Positions 40,504 through 50,586 of a DNA stretch of 64,000 nucleotides are shown one piece after another. Both the position numbers and the translations under genes were made by a program. The notes below the pieces were generated by a model, which saw nothing but the letters and a program-made list of their open reading frames with translations, was not told the DNA's origin and searched no databases. Positions within the stretch are counted from its first letter, which is position 1; every line of letters starts with the position of its first letter. The stretch comes from Nitrospirota bacterium (GTDB lineage: Bacteria > Nitrospirota > UBA9217), in the NCBI GenBank assembly GCA_963818475.1, contig CAWFSF010000006.1:704001-768000 (forward strand), written 5' to 3'.

Positions 40504-40632
40504 CGGGCTGTTGCCCAAACCCAATTTTGTCTCCCTGAACGTAGTGAAGGGTCTGCCATCACGTTGTAAATGCGAGATTCTTCGCTGCGCTCAGAATGAC
40601 ATTTTATGTAAAGTCATTTGAGCAACAGCCCG
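40504..40632. mobile_element. 129-bp MITE enclosing a REP-like hairpin pair
   Basis: TIR CGGGCTGTTGCCCAAA / TTTGAGCAACAGCCCG (15/16); internal CTGAACGTAGTGAAG..GATTCTTCGCTGCGCTCAGAATGAC. Confidence 0.65.
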
Positions 40633-40811
40633 TTTGACCGTGACAATGATGGCAAGGAGAAAGAAGCAATCCCAAAAAAAGGGCTCCAAAAAAGGCATGA
40701 GGTGGTTGCTCGGATCAAGTCCCGCCCATGAAATCTTACCGTCTCCTCATCCGCCCGGAAGCAGAGTTCGACCTTGCGGCGTCAATTCGGAAGTAAGTTC
40801 AACTCTACATA

Positions 40812-40840
40812 TTGACGTCTGCATACTAGCGGTATATAAT
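40812..40840 (+). promoter_or_regulatory. sigma70 promoter, probably giving a leaderless mRNA
   Basis: TTGACG-17 bp-TATAAT, ATG 6 bp after the -10, no RBS. Confidence 0.7.
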
Positions 40841-40846
40841 ATTTGC

Positions 40847-41077
40847 ATGAAAACAACCATCGACACAATCATAGCGGAAGTTCTTTCTCTTTCGCCGCAA
40901 GCGCGTGCCTTTGTGGCGGAAAAACTCATCGAGAGCCTCGATGCAGAGCCCGAGGTTGTTCTGTCTCCCGCCTGGCGAGAGGAAGTGCGCAAGCGTTGCC
41001 GCGAGATAGACGAAGGATCAGTGAAACTGCGTGATGCCGAGGATGTCTTTGCCCGAGGCTACGCGGCGCTCGGATGA
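40847..41077 (+). CDS. Addiction-module antitoxin (TIGR02574-like)
   Basis: LSL...RA..AE.LIESLD...AW..E...R...ID.G. Confidence 0.8.
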   Translation: MKTTIDTIIAEVLSLSPQARAFVAEKLIESLDAEPEVVLSPAWREEVRKRCREIDEGSVKLRDAEDVFARGYAALG

Positions 41078-41370
41078 AACCGGTTCGATTCCACCCTGAA
41101 GCCGATGCTGAGATGATGTCAGCGGCACGTTTTTACGAGGCCCGGCAAAAGGATCTCGGAAAACGTTTCTTTAACGTCCATTCAGGACGCTCTCCACAGA
41201 ATCCAAGTAAACCCCCTCCTGTATCAAGAAATAGAGAAGGCGTTCGTCGCTGCCTTACAATGACGTTTCCTTTCGCTGTCGTTTTCCGGGACATGCCGGG
41301 TCAATTTGTGATCATTGCGGTGATGCACCTGCATCGTGACTCTGAATATTGGAAAAACCGTCAGCCTTAA
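41074..41370 (+). CDS. ParE/RelE-family toxin (compensating internal frameshifts)
   Basis: FHPEA.AE...AA.FYE...LG.RF and GVRRC....FPF.VVF...IIAVMH..R...YW; ATGA overlap with antitoxin. Confidence 0.8.
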   Translation: MKPVRFHPEADAEMMSAARFYEARQKDLGKRFFNVHSGRSPQNPSKPPPVSRNREGVRRCLTMTFPFAVVFRDMPGQFVIIAVMHLHRDSEYWKNRQP

Positions 41371-41386
41371 TCCAACAGCTAAAACG

Positions 41387-42226
41387 ATGAAAATAACCCG
41401 TCGTCAATTTCTGAAGCGCGCCTGCGCATTCGCGGGGATAGGACTTGCCGCTAGCTATCCGTTCTGCATCGAACGCTACATCATTCTTACGAATACCTAT
41501 CGGATTCCCGTGCCCAATCTACCAAGCGCTTTCTCAGGGATCAGGATCGTCCAATTGACGGACCTGCACTACGGGGCACTTGTTCCCCTTGGGGTCATTC
41601 GACATGTTGTAGAGCGGGCAAACCAATTAAAGCCCGATCTTATTGTCTGCACAGGGGACTACGTTCACGAAAAGAATTCATCTGTTCAGATCGATCAGGT
41701 TTGGCCTGTTCTTTCGCAGCTGTCCGCGCCACTGGGCGTATATTCTGTCCTGGGGAACCATGATCATTGGGCTGATACTGAGCGTTCCGATCATTGGTTG
41801 AAACGTACCGGACAGGACCTTCGGCATAAGTCGGTTCGCATAGAACGACAGGGACAGCATCTATGGCTGGCTGGTGCGGGCGACTTCTGGGAAGACCATA
41901 AGAGCCTTGACACGCTCTTGGGCGATCTCCCGGATACCGATTGTCGGATAGTACTTGCGCACAACCCTGACACAGCAGATACGTCATATTCTTCCCGAAT
42001 TGATCTGATGGTATCAGGCCATACCCATGGAGGGCAGGTCAACATTCCGTTCATCGGCCCGCCTGTGCTGCCGGTACAAAATAAGAATTACTCAAGCGGC
42101 TTGAAACGTTCTCCGCGCGGCTGCAGGGTGTTCATTTCCAAGGGCATCGGTTGGGCGATCTACCCTGTCAGGTTCAATTGCCTCCCTGAAATCGTGGTTT
42201 TGGAATTGGTTCCGGGGAAAGCATAA
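41387..42226 (+). CDS. Metallophosphoesterase (YkuE/YaeI-like), Tat-like N-terminus
   Basis: DLH, TGD, GNHD, LAHNPD, SGHTHGGQ. Confidence 0.92.
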   Translation: MKITRRQFLKRACAFAGIGLAASYPFCIERYIILTNTYRIPVPNLPSAFSGIRIVQLTDLHYGALVPLGVIRHVVERANQLKPDLIVCTGDYVHEKNSSVQIDQVWPVLSQLSAPLGVYSVLGNHDHWADTERSDHWLKRTGQDLRHKSVRIERQGQHLWLAGAGDFWEDHKSLDTLLGDLPDTDCRIVLAHNPDTADTSYSSRIDLMVSGHTHGGQVNIPFIGPPVLPVQNKNYSSGLKRSPRGCRVFISKGIGWAIYPVRFNCLPEIVVLELVPGKA

Positions 42227-42262
42227 GAAGGAACCTAAGCGCCGAGACGTGCCTGTCGGTTA

Positions 42263-42394
42263 TTCCCCATGGCACACATGCGCTCCTTGTCACCTTTCTT
42301 GCGTGCTCTAATCCTTACCCCAACCCCGCACGTCCCTGGAGCGGACCTAACACCTAGACAAGTTAACGACCCACATTAAAGTCTGAAGAAACCC
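42263..42394. mobile_element. MITE family B, deleted remnant D
   Basis: Pieces matching 45158-45210 and 45387-45418 plus a TIR-like end GACCCACATTAAAGTCTGAAGAAACCC. Confidence 0.6.
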
Positions 42395-42474
42395 TATTCT
42401 TACCTGCTATACTATTTATTATCCACATGATCCTGTTGGATCACACAGGACGAATACCTTCGTAGGAAATTACC

Positions 42475-43848
42475 ATGGACACACTTGTTCTCTCACGAAT
42501 TCAGTTTGCCGTCACGACCTTATTCCACATCCTTTTTCCTACCTTAACGATGGGGCTCTCGGTGTATCTTGTGGCAGTTGAGTCCCTGTGGCTCTGGACA
42601 AAGGACGAGCGCTATTACCGCATGTATCGTTTCTGGGTGAAGTTCTTTTCCCTCAATTTCGCGGTGGGAATCGTCACCGGCATTGTACTGGAGTTTGAAT
42701 TCGGCACGAACTTTTCCGGCTTTTCCCAAAGGGTGAGCAACGTCTTGTCCCCTCTTCTGTCTTTCGAAGTCATGACCGCCTTTTTTCTGGAGTCGGGTTT
42801 TCTCGGCATCATGCTGTTCGGATGGAACAAAGTGTCCCGCCAGATGCATTTTCTGGCCACCTGTCTGGTGGCAGTGGGAACCATTTTGTCGGCTTTCTGG
42901 ATCCTGGCTGCAAACTCCTGGATGCAAACCCCGGCGGGCTACAGCCTTGTGGACGGAACGTTCATGCTCACCGATTTCACTGCGGCCCTTCTTAACCCTT
43001 CCGCACTGGTGCGCATTACTCATATGACCGTGGCGGCACTCGAGACCTCTGTTTTCGTCGTTGCCGGGGTCAGCTCATACTTTCTCCTGAAAGGGAAACA
43101 GCGTGCTCTTTTCAGACCTTCATTAGGGATCGCCCTGGTGATGGCCGCCCTGTTTGCCCCGCTTCAGGTATTTGTGGGAGATCAGAGCGGCCAGCACGTG
43201 GTCCGCTATCAGCCTGCCAAAGCCGCCGCCATCGAGGCCCATTGGGAGACAAACACGAACGAAGGGGCGCCTTTTTCCCTGGTCGCTCTTCCCGACATGC
43301 AGGCGGAGAGGAATGTCTTCGACCTATCCATACCGAACGGCCTCAGCCTGCTGGCAACTCACACGCTTCATGGCCGGGTGACGGGACTCAAGGAATTTCC
43401 GCCGGAAAACCGTCCGAACGTCCTCGTTCTGTTCTGGACCTTTCGGGTCATGATCGCAATCGGATTTATTTTTCTCCTGGTCATGGCATGGGCGTTCCTC
43501 CTCTGGAGAAAGGGAAAGCTGTATGAGTACCGGCCGTTTCTCTGGACCTTGCTGATCATTCACCCCCTCGGTTTTATCGCGGTCGAGACCGGATGGATAA
43601 CTACCGAGATGGGCCGCCAGCCCTGGCTGGTCTACAATCTGATGCGAACAGCCGAAGGCATCTCTCCCATTCAGGCGGGCAATGTTGTCTGGTCGCTCGG
43701 TCTGTTTCTGCTCATCTTTGCGGCAATTGGTTTGACCTATTCATTTTATATCATGAAGATGATAGGACAGGGTCCGGATGTGTCCAGCCCGATCCCTGAT
43801 GTTCAACGTCCGGCTGGAATGCGTCCGCTCAAGGACGATCGGGAGTAA
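42475..43848 (+). CDS. cydA: Cytochrome bd ubiquinol oxidase subunit I
   Basis: SRIQFA....HI.FP, G.VTGI..EFEFGTN, FFLESGF.G, ANSWMQTP, QPAK.AA.E, GW..TEMGRQPW. Confidence 0.95.
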   Translation: MDTLVLSRIQFAVTTLFHILFPTLTMGLSVYLVAVESLWLWTKDERYYRMYRFWVKFFSLNFAVGIVTGIVLEFEFGTNFSGFSQRVSNVLSPLLSFEVMTAFFLESGFLGIMLFGWNKVSRQMHFLATCLVAVGTILSAFWILAANSWMQTPAGYSLVDGTFMLTDFTAALLNPSALVRITHMTVAALETSVFVVAGVSSYFLLKGKQRALFRPSLGIALVMAALFAPLQVFVGDQSGQHVVRYQPAKAAAIEAHWETNTNEGAPFSLVALPDMQAERNVFDLSIPNGLSLLATHTLHGRVTGLKEFPPENRPNVLVLFWTFRVMIAIGFIFLLVMAWAFLLWRKGKLYEYRPFLWTLLIIHPLGFIAVETGWITTEMGRQPWLVYNLMRTAEGISPIQAGNVVWSLGLFLLIFAAIGLTYSFYIMKMIGQGPDVSSPIPDVQRPAGMRPLKDDRE

Positions 43849-43887
43849 TTGTCGTGTCAAATTCTTCTCAAAATGGAAAGAATAATT

Positions 43888-43992
43888 TCTCGCAGAGGCG
43901 CAGAGCTCGCAGAGGAAAGCTTAAAACATCTTGGGTTAAAACCACGGCATAGGTTTTGCTTTAACTCTGCGGCCTCTGCGAGCTCTGCGAGA
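43888..43992. repeat. Palindromic nonamer-repeat element between cydA and cydB
   Basis: (CGCAGAG..)x3 facing (CTCTGCG..)x3. Confidence 0.75.
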
Positions 43993-44039
43993 GACGATAT
44001 TTTGTTCCGGTTTGTTCGAACAACAACGGGGTACATTAC

Positions 44040-45036
44040 GTGGACATTATTCACATCTGGATCGCCCTTCTTGGCCTGGCCGTCATCCTCTATGTGGTAC
44101 TGGACGGTTTCGGTCTCGGAATAGCGCTCCTGTTCCCCTTCACTCCTGATGAGAAAGAGCGTGATCTGTTGATAAGCAGCATCGCGCCGGTCTGGGACGC
44201 GAACCAGACATGGCTCGTCTTCGGCGGAGCGTCCCTCTTTGTCGCCTTTCCTCTGATGTACGGCGTCCTTTTGAGCGCTCTGTATATCCCGATCGTCACC
44301 TTGCTCTACGGCCTGATCTTCCGCGGTGTGTTCTTCGAATTCCGGGCCAATGCAACACGGAAAAGGTTGTGGGACAGGATCGTTCTTCGTGGGAAGCCTC
44401 GCTGCGGTGGTCGCCCAGGGCTTGACGCTCGGCGGCATTCTCTCCGGGACGAGGATCGTCGGCAGCCATTTTGCGGGCAATTCTTTCGACTGGCTGAACC
44501 CCTTTTCAATAGCCATGGCCGTGGGATTGACCGCCGGCTATGTCCTCCTCGCCTCCACCTATCTCATCATCAAGACAACAGAGACAGTGCAAGAGCGGGC
44601 TTATGGCCTGGCCTTCCGTTCGGCATTGGTCGTTCTTTTTTTCCAGGTTCTCATGGTCGTCTGGACACCCTTTTATTACCCCCAGGCACTGACCAATTGG
44701 CTGAGTCCACCCAGGATCTATTTCGTCTGGATCTTCCCGGTGCTCGGCCTGCTGGCTTTCTATGGGATCATCAAAAGCCTGAGAACCAAGCGCGAGATCA
44801 TGCCGTTCGTATCCAGTGTCATTTTCTTTTTCGCCGGGTACCTGGGCCTCTTCAGTTCGATGTACCCCTATGCCGTTCCGCCCAGCATCACCTTTCATGA
44901 CGCAGCAGCACAGCGGGAAACACTTCGAATCACCCTCTGGGGAGCGGCCATAATTTTACCGGTTGTTCTCGGATACACGATCTATAGTTATTCGGTTTTC
45001 AGGGGCAAGGTAGGCAAGGAAGGGTATTATCACTGA
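44040..45036 (+). CDS. cydB: Cytochrome bd oxidase subunit II (frameshift near 44385)
   Basis: YVVLDGF.LG, I.PVWD.NQTWLV.GG, LIFRGV.FEFR; continues PY.VPPS.T...AAA and Y.VFRGKV. Confidence 0.92.
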
Positions 45037-45157
45037 TTTCCCCAGCGAAACAGGGTAGCCGGTCTTGAAGCAATGCCGGCAGCAAAAGCTGCAGGGTCAC
45101 CCATTTATTGCAGCCGCACGCGTGAGCGGGTTGCTCCTTAATCTGTTATCTCCCATC

Positions 45158-45523
45158 TTCCCCATGGCACATGCGCTCCTTGTGCTCTTTGTCACCTTTC
45201 TTGCGTGCCCAAGAAAGGTGACCCAAAGAAGGGCACCCGGCGAATATTCTTAACGCCATGCTCGGTCGTCCTCAGTACATTTCGGAAACTCGCCCTGCGG
45301 GCTCAGACAGTCCGAAATGCTTCACCCTCGGACTCGGTCGCCCGGCTAAATTTTCGCATGGGGAACTGCTGTGAGGGTCTGACTCACCCAAACCCCGCAT
45401 ATTCCCGGAGCGGCCCTATGAATTTCTTGGGCACCCGTCTTGGCCTAGGTAGCGTCCCGCAGGGCGAACGCGCATGTCTGAGGCCGCAGGCCGAGTTTGC
45501 GCGAACGAGCGGACGTGGTCTTA
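45158..45523. mobile_element. MITE family B core, inverted copy C (no TIRs seen)
   Basis: Reverse complement of 28170-28512. Confidence 0.8.
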
Positions 45524-45562
45524 ATGGCTCGGTAGTATAATATATACAGATGGAGAACGAAC

Positions 45563-45931
45563 ATGTCAAAATTACACGACCCGAGAGTGTTATTCGCAGC
45601 CGAGCGGACATTATTGGCCTGGAATCGAACGAGCATATCGATCATGGCCTTTGGTTTTGTCATAGAGCGCTTTGGCCTCTTTCTGCAGATCACCGGCAGG
45701 GAAGAGTCTAAGCTATTCCACCGTCACCTCTCTTTCTTTGTTGGTGAGTCCTTTATGCTGCTGGCATCATTACTGGCCATTTACTCGATAGTTCAGCACA
45801 AGAAGATACTGCGGTCCATCAACGTCGATGACGTACCTGCTGGTTATAACCTTTCCATGGGAATGATCGCGAATGGAATTATCGGATTCCTGGGGATACT
45901 ATTAAGTGCCTATGTGTTCTGGGGTCTCTGA
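45563..45931 (+). CDS. Stand-alone DUF202/YidH membrane protein
   Basis: DPRVLFAAERTLLAWNRT...MAFGFVIERF; three TM helices. Confidence 0.9.
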   Translation: MSKLHDPRVLFAAERTLLAWNRTSISIMAFGFVIERFGLFLQITGREESKLFHRHLSFFVGESFMLLASLLAIYSIVQHKKILRSINVDDVPAGYNLSMGMIANGIIGFLGILLSAYVFWGL

Positions 45932-46201
45932 CTTAGGATCGCTCCGTGTCCTTGTTGGCAAATATATAACTCACGCGTTCCATATTTAAACACATCCTCA
46001 AATATTCAATCTTCATAATAATCCTCTCTGAAAAAACAAACCGCTACTGATTTAAAGCCCGAAAACAAAGGCCCATATCATCGTTTCGCCCCTGTTTCTC
46101 CACCCCTTATCCGCAGCCAACTGTTCACTACCGTTCATATCTGAAACGCGCAGCTTTCCACTCAAACCAACTTTACTTCAGCAAAACAATGACATACGTG
46201 T

Positions 46202-46217
46202 TGGCACTGCGAATGCA
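46202..46217 (+). promoter_or_regulatory. sigma54 (-24/-12) promoter
   Basis: TGGCACTGCGAATGCA = GG-N10-GC; upstream palindrome-like GTTCATATCTGAAAC (~46133-46147) may be an activator site. Confidence 0.7.
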
Positions 46218-46258
46218 ATATAGTCAGCAACGCAGTGCACCTGCGAAGGAGGGTTTAT

Positions 46259-46813
46259 ATGGGAAAGAGACAGTTGCTGTTCGTCACTTACGGTGGAGAA
46301 AATCTGGAAGAAGGGGTTTCGTACGCCATTGAGCTGGCAAAGGCGATGTACGAGGACATTACGCTTCTCCTCGTTAAAAAGCCGACCAATCTCATGGACA
46401 AGCTCGGGGACCTGATGACGGCGGTCAGCTTTGCCGAAGCTGACGAGCACGAGACGGCGCGGGAGATCATGGCCGGCGATTCGCCGGAAAAGCAGGCTGC
46501 CTACGACGTGAAGCTCGCCGAGCTCATGGCCCGGTGCAAGCAGGAGGGGATCTCCGTGAACGTCCAGAGGACCGATCTGGATACGGTCTCGGGCATCCGG
46601 TCGTATCTCAAGAACAACAATGGCATCGACAAGGTCGTGCTCAGCCCGGTCATGACCGAGTCCGGGAATGTTACGTCCAAGGATCTGAACCGGCTGGTGC
46701 GCACTGCATCGCGTCCGATCGTGACCATGACGCGGCAGGCGGCGGCGTGGCGTAGGGAACAGAGTCAACGGCGTCTCTCGCAAAGGCGCAAAGGTCGCAA
46801 AGGGAATCCTTAA
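46259..46813 (+). CDS. Degenerate USP-like protein
   Basis: LLFVT...EG.SYAIELAK...ITLLLV and DKVVLS..L.RLV..ASRPIV; the C-terminus runs into a repeat. Confidence 0.6.
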   Translation: MGKRQLLFVTYGGENLEEGVSYAIELAKAMYEDITLLLVKKPTNLMDKLGDLMTAVSFAEADEHETAREIMAGDSPEKQAAYDVKLAELMARCKQEGISVNVQRTDLDTVSGIRSYLKNNNGIDKVVLSPVMTESGNVTSKDLNRLVRTASRPIVTMTRQAAAWRREQSQRRLSQRRKGRKGNP

Positions 46814-46961
46814 ATCTACATCTATTTATTTAAACCAAGGACGAGCTTTTCTTTGCGAGCATAACGTCTGTAAAAAATGAGAAGCTTCGGAGACAAAGAC
46901 AAACAAACAGCAACTCAAGGTTTACGCTCTTCTTGGCGCACTTTGCGCCTTTGCGAGAGAC
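46773..46961. repeat. Palindromic repeat element
   Basis: 21-bp perfect IR GTCTCTCGCAAAGGCGCAAAG / CTTTGCGCCTTTGCGAGAGAC. Confidence 0.75.
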
Positions 46962-47009
46962 CGACCTGATCCGTTTTTATGAATTTAATCTGAAAAGGAG
47001 CTTACGTAC

Positions 47010-47936
47010 ATGTACCTGTATTTACCTGTAGCATTGACCAGCATCAACATCCTGATCCCCGTGGGGCTCGGGCTTGCCGTGGGCCTGCTTTCCGGCCTGT
47101 TCGGCGTGGGCGGCGGATTCCTTCTGACGCCGCTGCTTATCATGTTCGGCATACCGTCGACCGTTGCCGCGGCAACGGACTCCAACCAGATCGTGGCAGC
47201 GTCGACCTCGGGCACCTACGCGCACTGGAAGGTCGGGAACGTCGACTTCAAGATGGGGCTCTATCTCCTGGTCGGCGGCTTTGTCGGCGGCATTCTCGGC
47301 GTCCAGTTGATCAAACTGCTCCATGCCATGGGCAACGCCGATTTCGTGATCAAGATGACCTACATCCTTATGCTCGGCATCGTCGGCGTCTACATGTTCA
47401 TCGAGAGCCTCCAGAGCATGCGGAAGAAAAAGAACAGCTGTCGAAGAAGCGAAGGAAGAGAAAGAGTCCGCCGTGGGCAGGTTCCTGAAGTCTCTGCCGC
47501 TCCAGACCCGTTTTGAAAAGTCGGGCATCACCCATTCCATCTTCGTCCCGATCGTGCTCGGCGCGCTTCGTCGGCATCCTCGCGGCGATCATGGGCGTGG
47601 GCGGCGGGTTCCTCATGGTCCCGATCATGGTCTACATGCTCAGGATGCCGATGCACGTCGTGGTCGGCACGAGCCTGTTCCAGATCCTGTTCACCTGCAT
47701 CGAGGTCACGTTCCTGCAGGCCTACACCAACCACAGCGTGGACTTCATCCTTGCGGTGCTCCTGCTGCTGGGTTCGACCGTGGGCGCCCAGATCGGCGCT
47801 GTCCTTCGGCAAGAAACTCAAGGCAGAGCAGCTCAAGATCCTTCTCGCCACGATCGTGCTTGCCGTGACCGTGAAGATCGTTTTTGAGATGACGCTGACA
47901 CCGTCGTTACTTCTTTCCCAGGTTGGAGGACACTGA
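47010..47936 (+). CDS. TauE/SafE (TSUP) family sulfite/sulfur-oxyanion transporter (three apparent frameshifts)
   Basis: LSGLFGVGGGFLLTP, GNVD.KMG, MGVGGGF.MVP..VY, VVVGTSLFQ. Confidence 0.9.
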
Positions 47937-48743
47937 TGAAACATTTTAGATTGCGGATTGCGGATTGCGGATTGGCGGTCATTACCGCTTTTGTATTCAT
48001 GATCACTTTTGGATTTGCCGCTCCGGCGTCGGCCATGCTGACGGCCAAGGCGAACCATGATCATATCACCATCGATTTCTTCTATCACGGAAGCACCGTG
48101 AGCGTAAAGGGCAATCTCGGAGCCGGGAACGGACCTGGTCATCAAGATAACCTCTCCTGAAGGCCATCAGCTCTTGAAGAAGAAGGGCAAGGTCGGGGGA
48201 ATGCTCTGGATGAACGTGGGACAGCTCAAGTTCGAGAACACGCCGAACTTCTACGAGGTCTTCAGCACGAAGAAGCTTGAGGACATCCTGAGCAAGGAAG
48301 AGATGGAAAAGAACGTGATCGGTTTCCCGGCTCTGGCGAAACACGTGGAGATCACGCCGGTCGCGAACGAGGAAGAGAAGGCCAAATGGTTCGATGAGTT
48401 CGTCAAGTTCAAGGAGGACTCCAAGGTGTATACCAGCTCGGACGGGAATATCACGACTAGCAAGAACGCCGAAGGCAAACAGGAATACTTTATCCTGACG
48501 GACTGGCCCTACCAGGCCCAGCCGGGCGATTATCTGGTGACGGTCTATGCAGTGAAGGACCATAAGGTCGTGGAGCAGGCCAACCTCGAAGGTGAACGTC
48601 GAGCAGGTCGGCATGGTCAAGATCGCTGGCAGGCATGGCCAAAGAACATGCCGGCAATGTACGGGTTCCTGTCCATCGGGGTCGCGCTGAGCGCCGGCTT
48701 CGGCGTGAGCATGGTGTTCAGAAAAGGCGGAGGCTCACACTGA
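47936..48743 (+). CDS. TIGR02186-like exported protein partnering TSUP (two apparent frameshifts)
   Basis: I.IDFFYHG..V.V.G, KKKGKV.G.LWMN, WP..A.PG.Y.V, C-terminal YG..S..VAL.AG TM; a heptamer repeat (ATTGCGG)n is inserted in the signal peptide. Confidence 0.8.
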
Positions 48744-49606
48744 TGTATAACTCCATTGTAGTCGGATATGACGAGTCGCTGTCGAGCAAGGCGGCGCTCA
48801 AGGAAGCGTCGCTCCGGATCAAGCGGACTGGGCGGGAAACTTATCCTCGTGCATTCGGTCTTTTTCGACCAGGAGGAGTTCGCCATACTGCCGGCGCAGA
48901 TGGAGAAGCGGTTCGAGTTCGGGACCCGCGTCTGTCTGGATGCAAAGAAGGACCTTCATGACGAGTTCGGTTTGAACGGAAGCGTGGATTCGCTCGTGTG
49001 TCAGGGCGAGCCGCCCGAGGTGCTTATCGATATCGCCCAGGAGAAGCAGGCGGACCTGATCGCGCTCGGCACCTACGGCAGAAAAGGGCTTAAGCGGCTG
49101 CTGATGGGCAGCGTGACGTCACAGGTGATCCTGAACTCGCCCTGCGACGTGCTCGTGGTTAAGAAGCCCTGCTCGAAATGCGCAGGCGCTTACCAGTCGC
49201 TCCTGGTGCCCTTTGACGGGTCGGAGACGAGCAAAAAAGCGCTGGTCCGGGCCTGCGAGCTGTCAAAGATCGACAATTCCGAGATCTCGGTCCTCTATGT
49301 GATCCCCCGGTACGAGGAGATGATGGATTTCTTCAAGACCGAGACCATCACCAAGAGCCTGTTCCAGGAAGCGGAAAAGATCATGGCCCAGGCGAAGGAG
49401 ATCGCTGCTCTGCAGAAGGTGCAGATCAAGGCGGTGGTCCAGGAAGGCCATGCGGCGAGAAGATCGTCGAGATCGCTGACACGTTCAAGAACGATCTGAT
49501 CGTCATGGGTACCCATGGCTGGCGGGGCATGAACAAGGCGCTCATGGGAAGCACGGCTGAGCGGATCATCGCAAATGCCTCGTGCCCGGTGTTGATCGTA
49601 AGATAG
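48743..49606 (+). CDS. Tandem universal stress protein (two apparent frameshifts)
   Basis: IVVGYDES..S..AL, DLIALGTYGRKG...LLMGSVT..V...PCDVLVV; second domain DLIVMGTHG..G....LMGSTAE. Confidence 0.9.
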
Positions 49607-49625
49607 GGCGACAGGCTAGCCTGTC

Positions 49626-49769
49626 GAATTGGAAATTGGGCGTAGCGACAGGAGACTGTCGAATTGGAAATTGAAGATTGGAAATTTAAGATTGGAAATT
49701 TAAGATTGGAAATTGAGCGGTGGATTTTCTAAATTTACAATATACAATTTCCAACTTCCAGTCTTCAAT
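49626..49769. repeat. Inverted pair of heptamer tandem repeats
   Basis: (ATTGGAA/ATTTAAG)n facing (TTTACAA/TTTCCAA)n. Confidence 0.7.
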
Positions 49770-49803
49770 GGAGCGGAGCGACAAGAGAGCGGAGCGACAA
49801 GAC

Positions 49804-50226
49804 ATGAAAGGTTATCGAAAAGTTCTTATAGCATTGAACGGCCACAAGGAAGTGCTGACACAGGGCATCAAACTGGCGCAGGACGAAAAGACCTGGATCA
49901 CGGTCGTCAAGGTGGTGCAGCCTTTTGACGGCGACCTGAACCTGACGGGCATCAAGAACCTGGATGACGTGCTGGACGACGGCGGGAACGCGGCCCTTTC
50001 CGAGATCAGGAAAACCGCGGAGGCAGAGGGCGCCCTGATCAAGACGAGGCTGGAACAGGGTGACGTGCCGCAGCGGATCGTGGAGGTCGCTGAAGAGGAA
50101 CAGTGCGATCTCATCATCATGGGATCGAAGAAAAAGAAGGGCATCTTCAGCCGGCTGTTCGGCGATCACATCGTGGAAAAGGTCATTGACCGGGCTCCCT
50201 GTCCGGTGTACGTCGTCGGGATCTGA
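49804..50226 (+). CDS. Universal stress protein
   Basis: YRKVLIA, G.V...IV.VAEE...DLIIMGS, VE.VI..APCPVYVV. Confidence 0.9.
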   Translation: MKGYRKVLIALNGHKEVLTQGIKLAQDEKTWITVVKVVQPFDGDLNLTGIKNLDDVLDDGGNAALSEIRKTAEAEGALIKTRLEQGDVPQRIVEVAEEEQCDLIIMGSKKKKGIFSRLFGDHIVEKVIDRAPCPVYVVGI

Positions 50227-50344
50227 AGAATCGGGTCCGGTCTGAGGGCGGCAGCAGGGGAACAGAAGAGCACGATACATGGTTGCGAACGCAACCGGTG
50301 CTCTGCTATCTGAAGACATCATAATAAGGGTATGACACATTCAG

Positions 50345-50378
50345 GAGGAGGCAGGCATCAGCGGCCTCCTCTTTTTTA
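50345..50378 (+). terminator. Intrinsic terminator
   Basis: GAGGAGGC-loop-GCCTCCTC-TTTTTT. Confidence 0.65.
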
Positions 50379-50431
50379 TGAGCTTGACCGGGCAAAGCGA
50401 AGCTTAAAAGATCAAAAAGAACAAGACGTCG

Positions 50432-50546
50432 CTCGCAAAGTTCGCAAAAAAAGGCAATTCAAAGGACGCAGAGAAAGACAATATCATTTTGTCTTAAAAA
50501 AGCTGGATGTAAAGATTTCCTTTGCGCCCTTTGCGAGCTTTGCGAA
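50432..50546. repeat. Palindromic repeat element
   Basis: (CGCAAAG..)n facing (CTTTGCG..)x3, same family as 46773-46961. Confidence 0.65.
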
Positions 50547-50586
50547 AAAAATGTTTTTGTCGTTTTGTTTAGCTTTATGCGGAGAT

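Noticed and set aside
49626-49769. CRISPR array
   Set aside because: Units are 7-14 bp tandem repeats without unique spacers; no cas genes in the window
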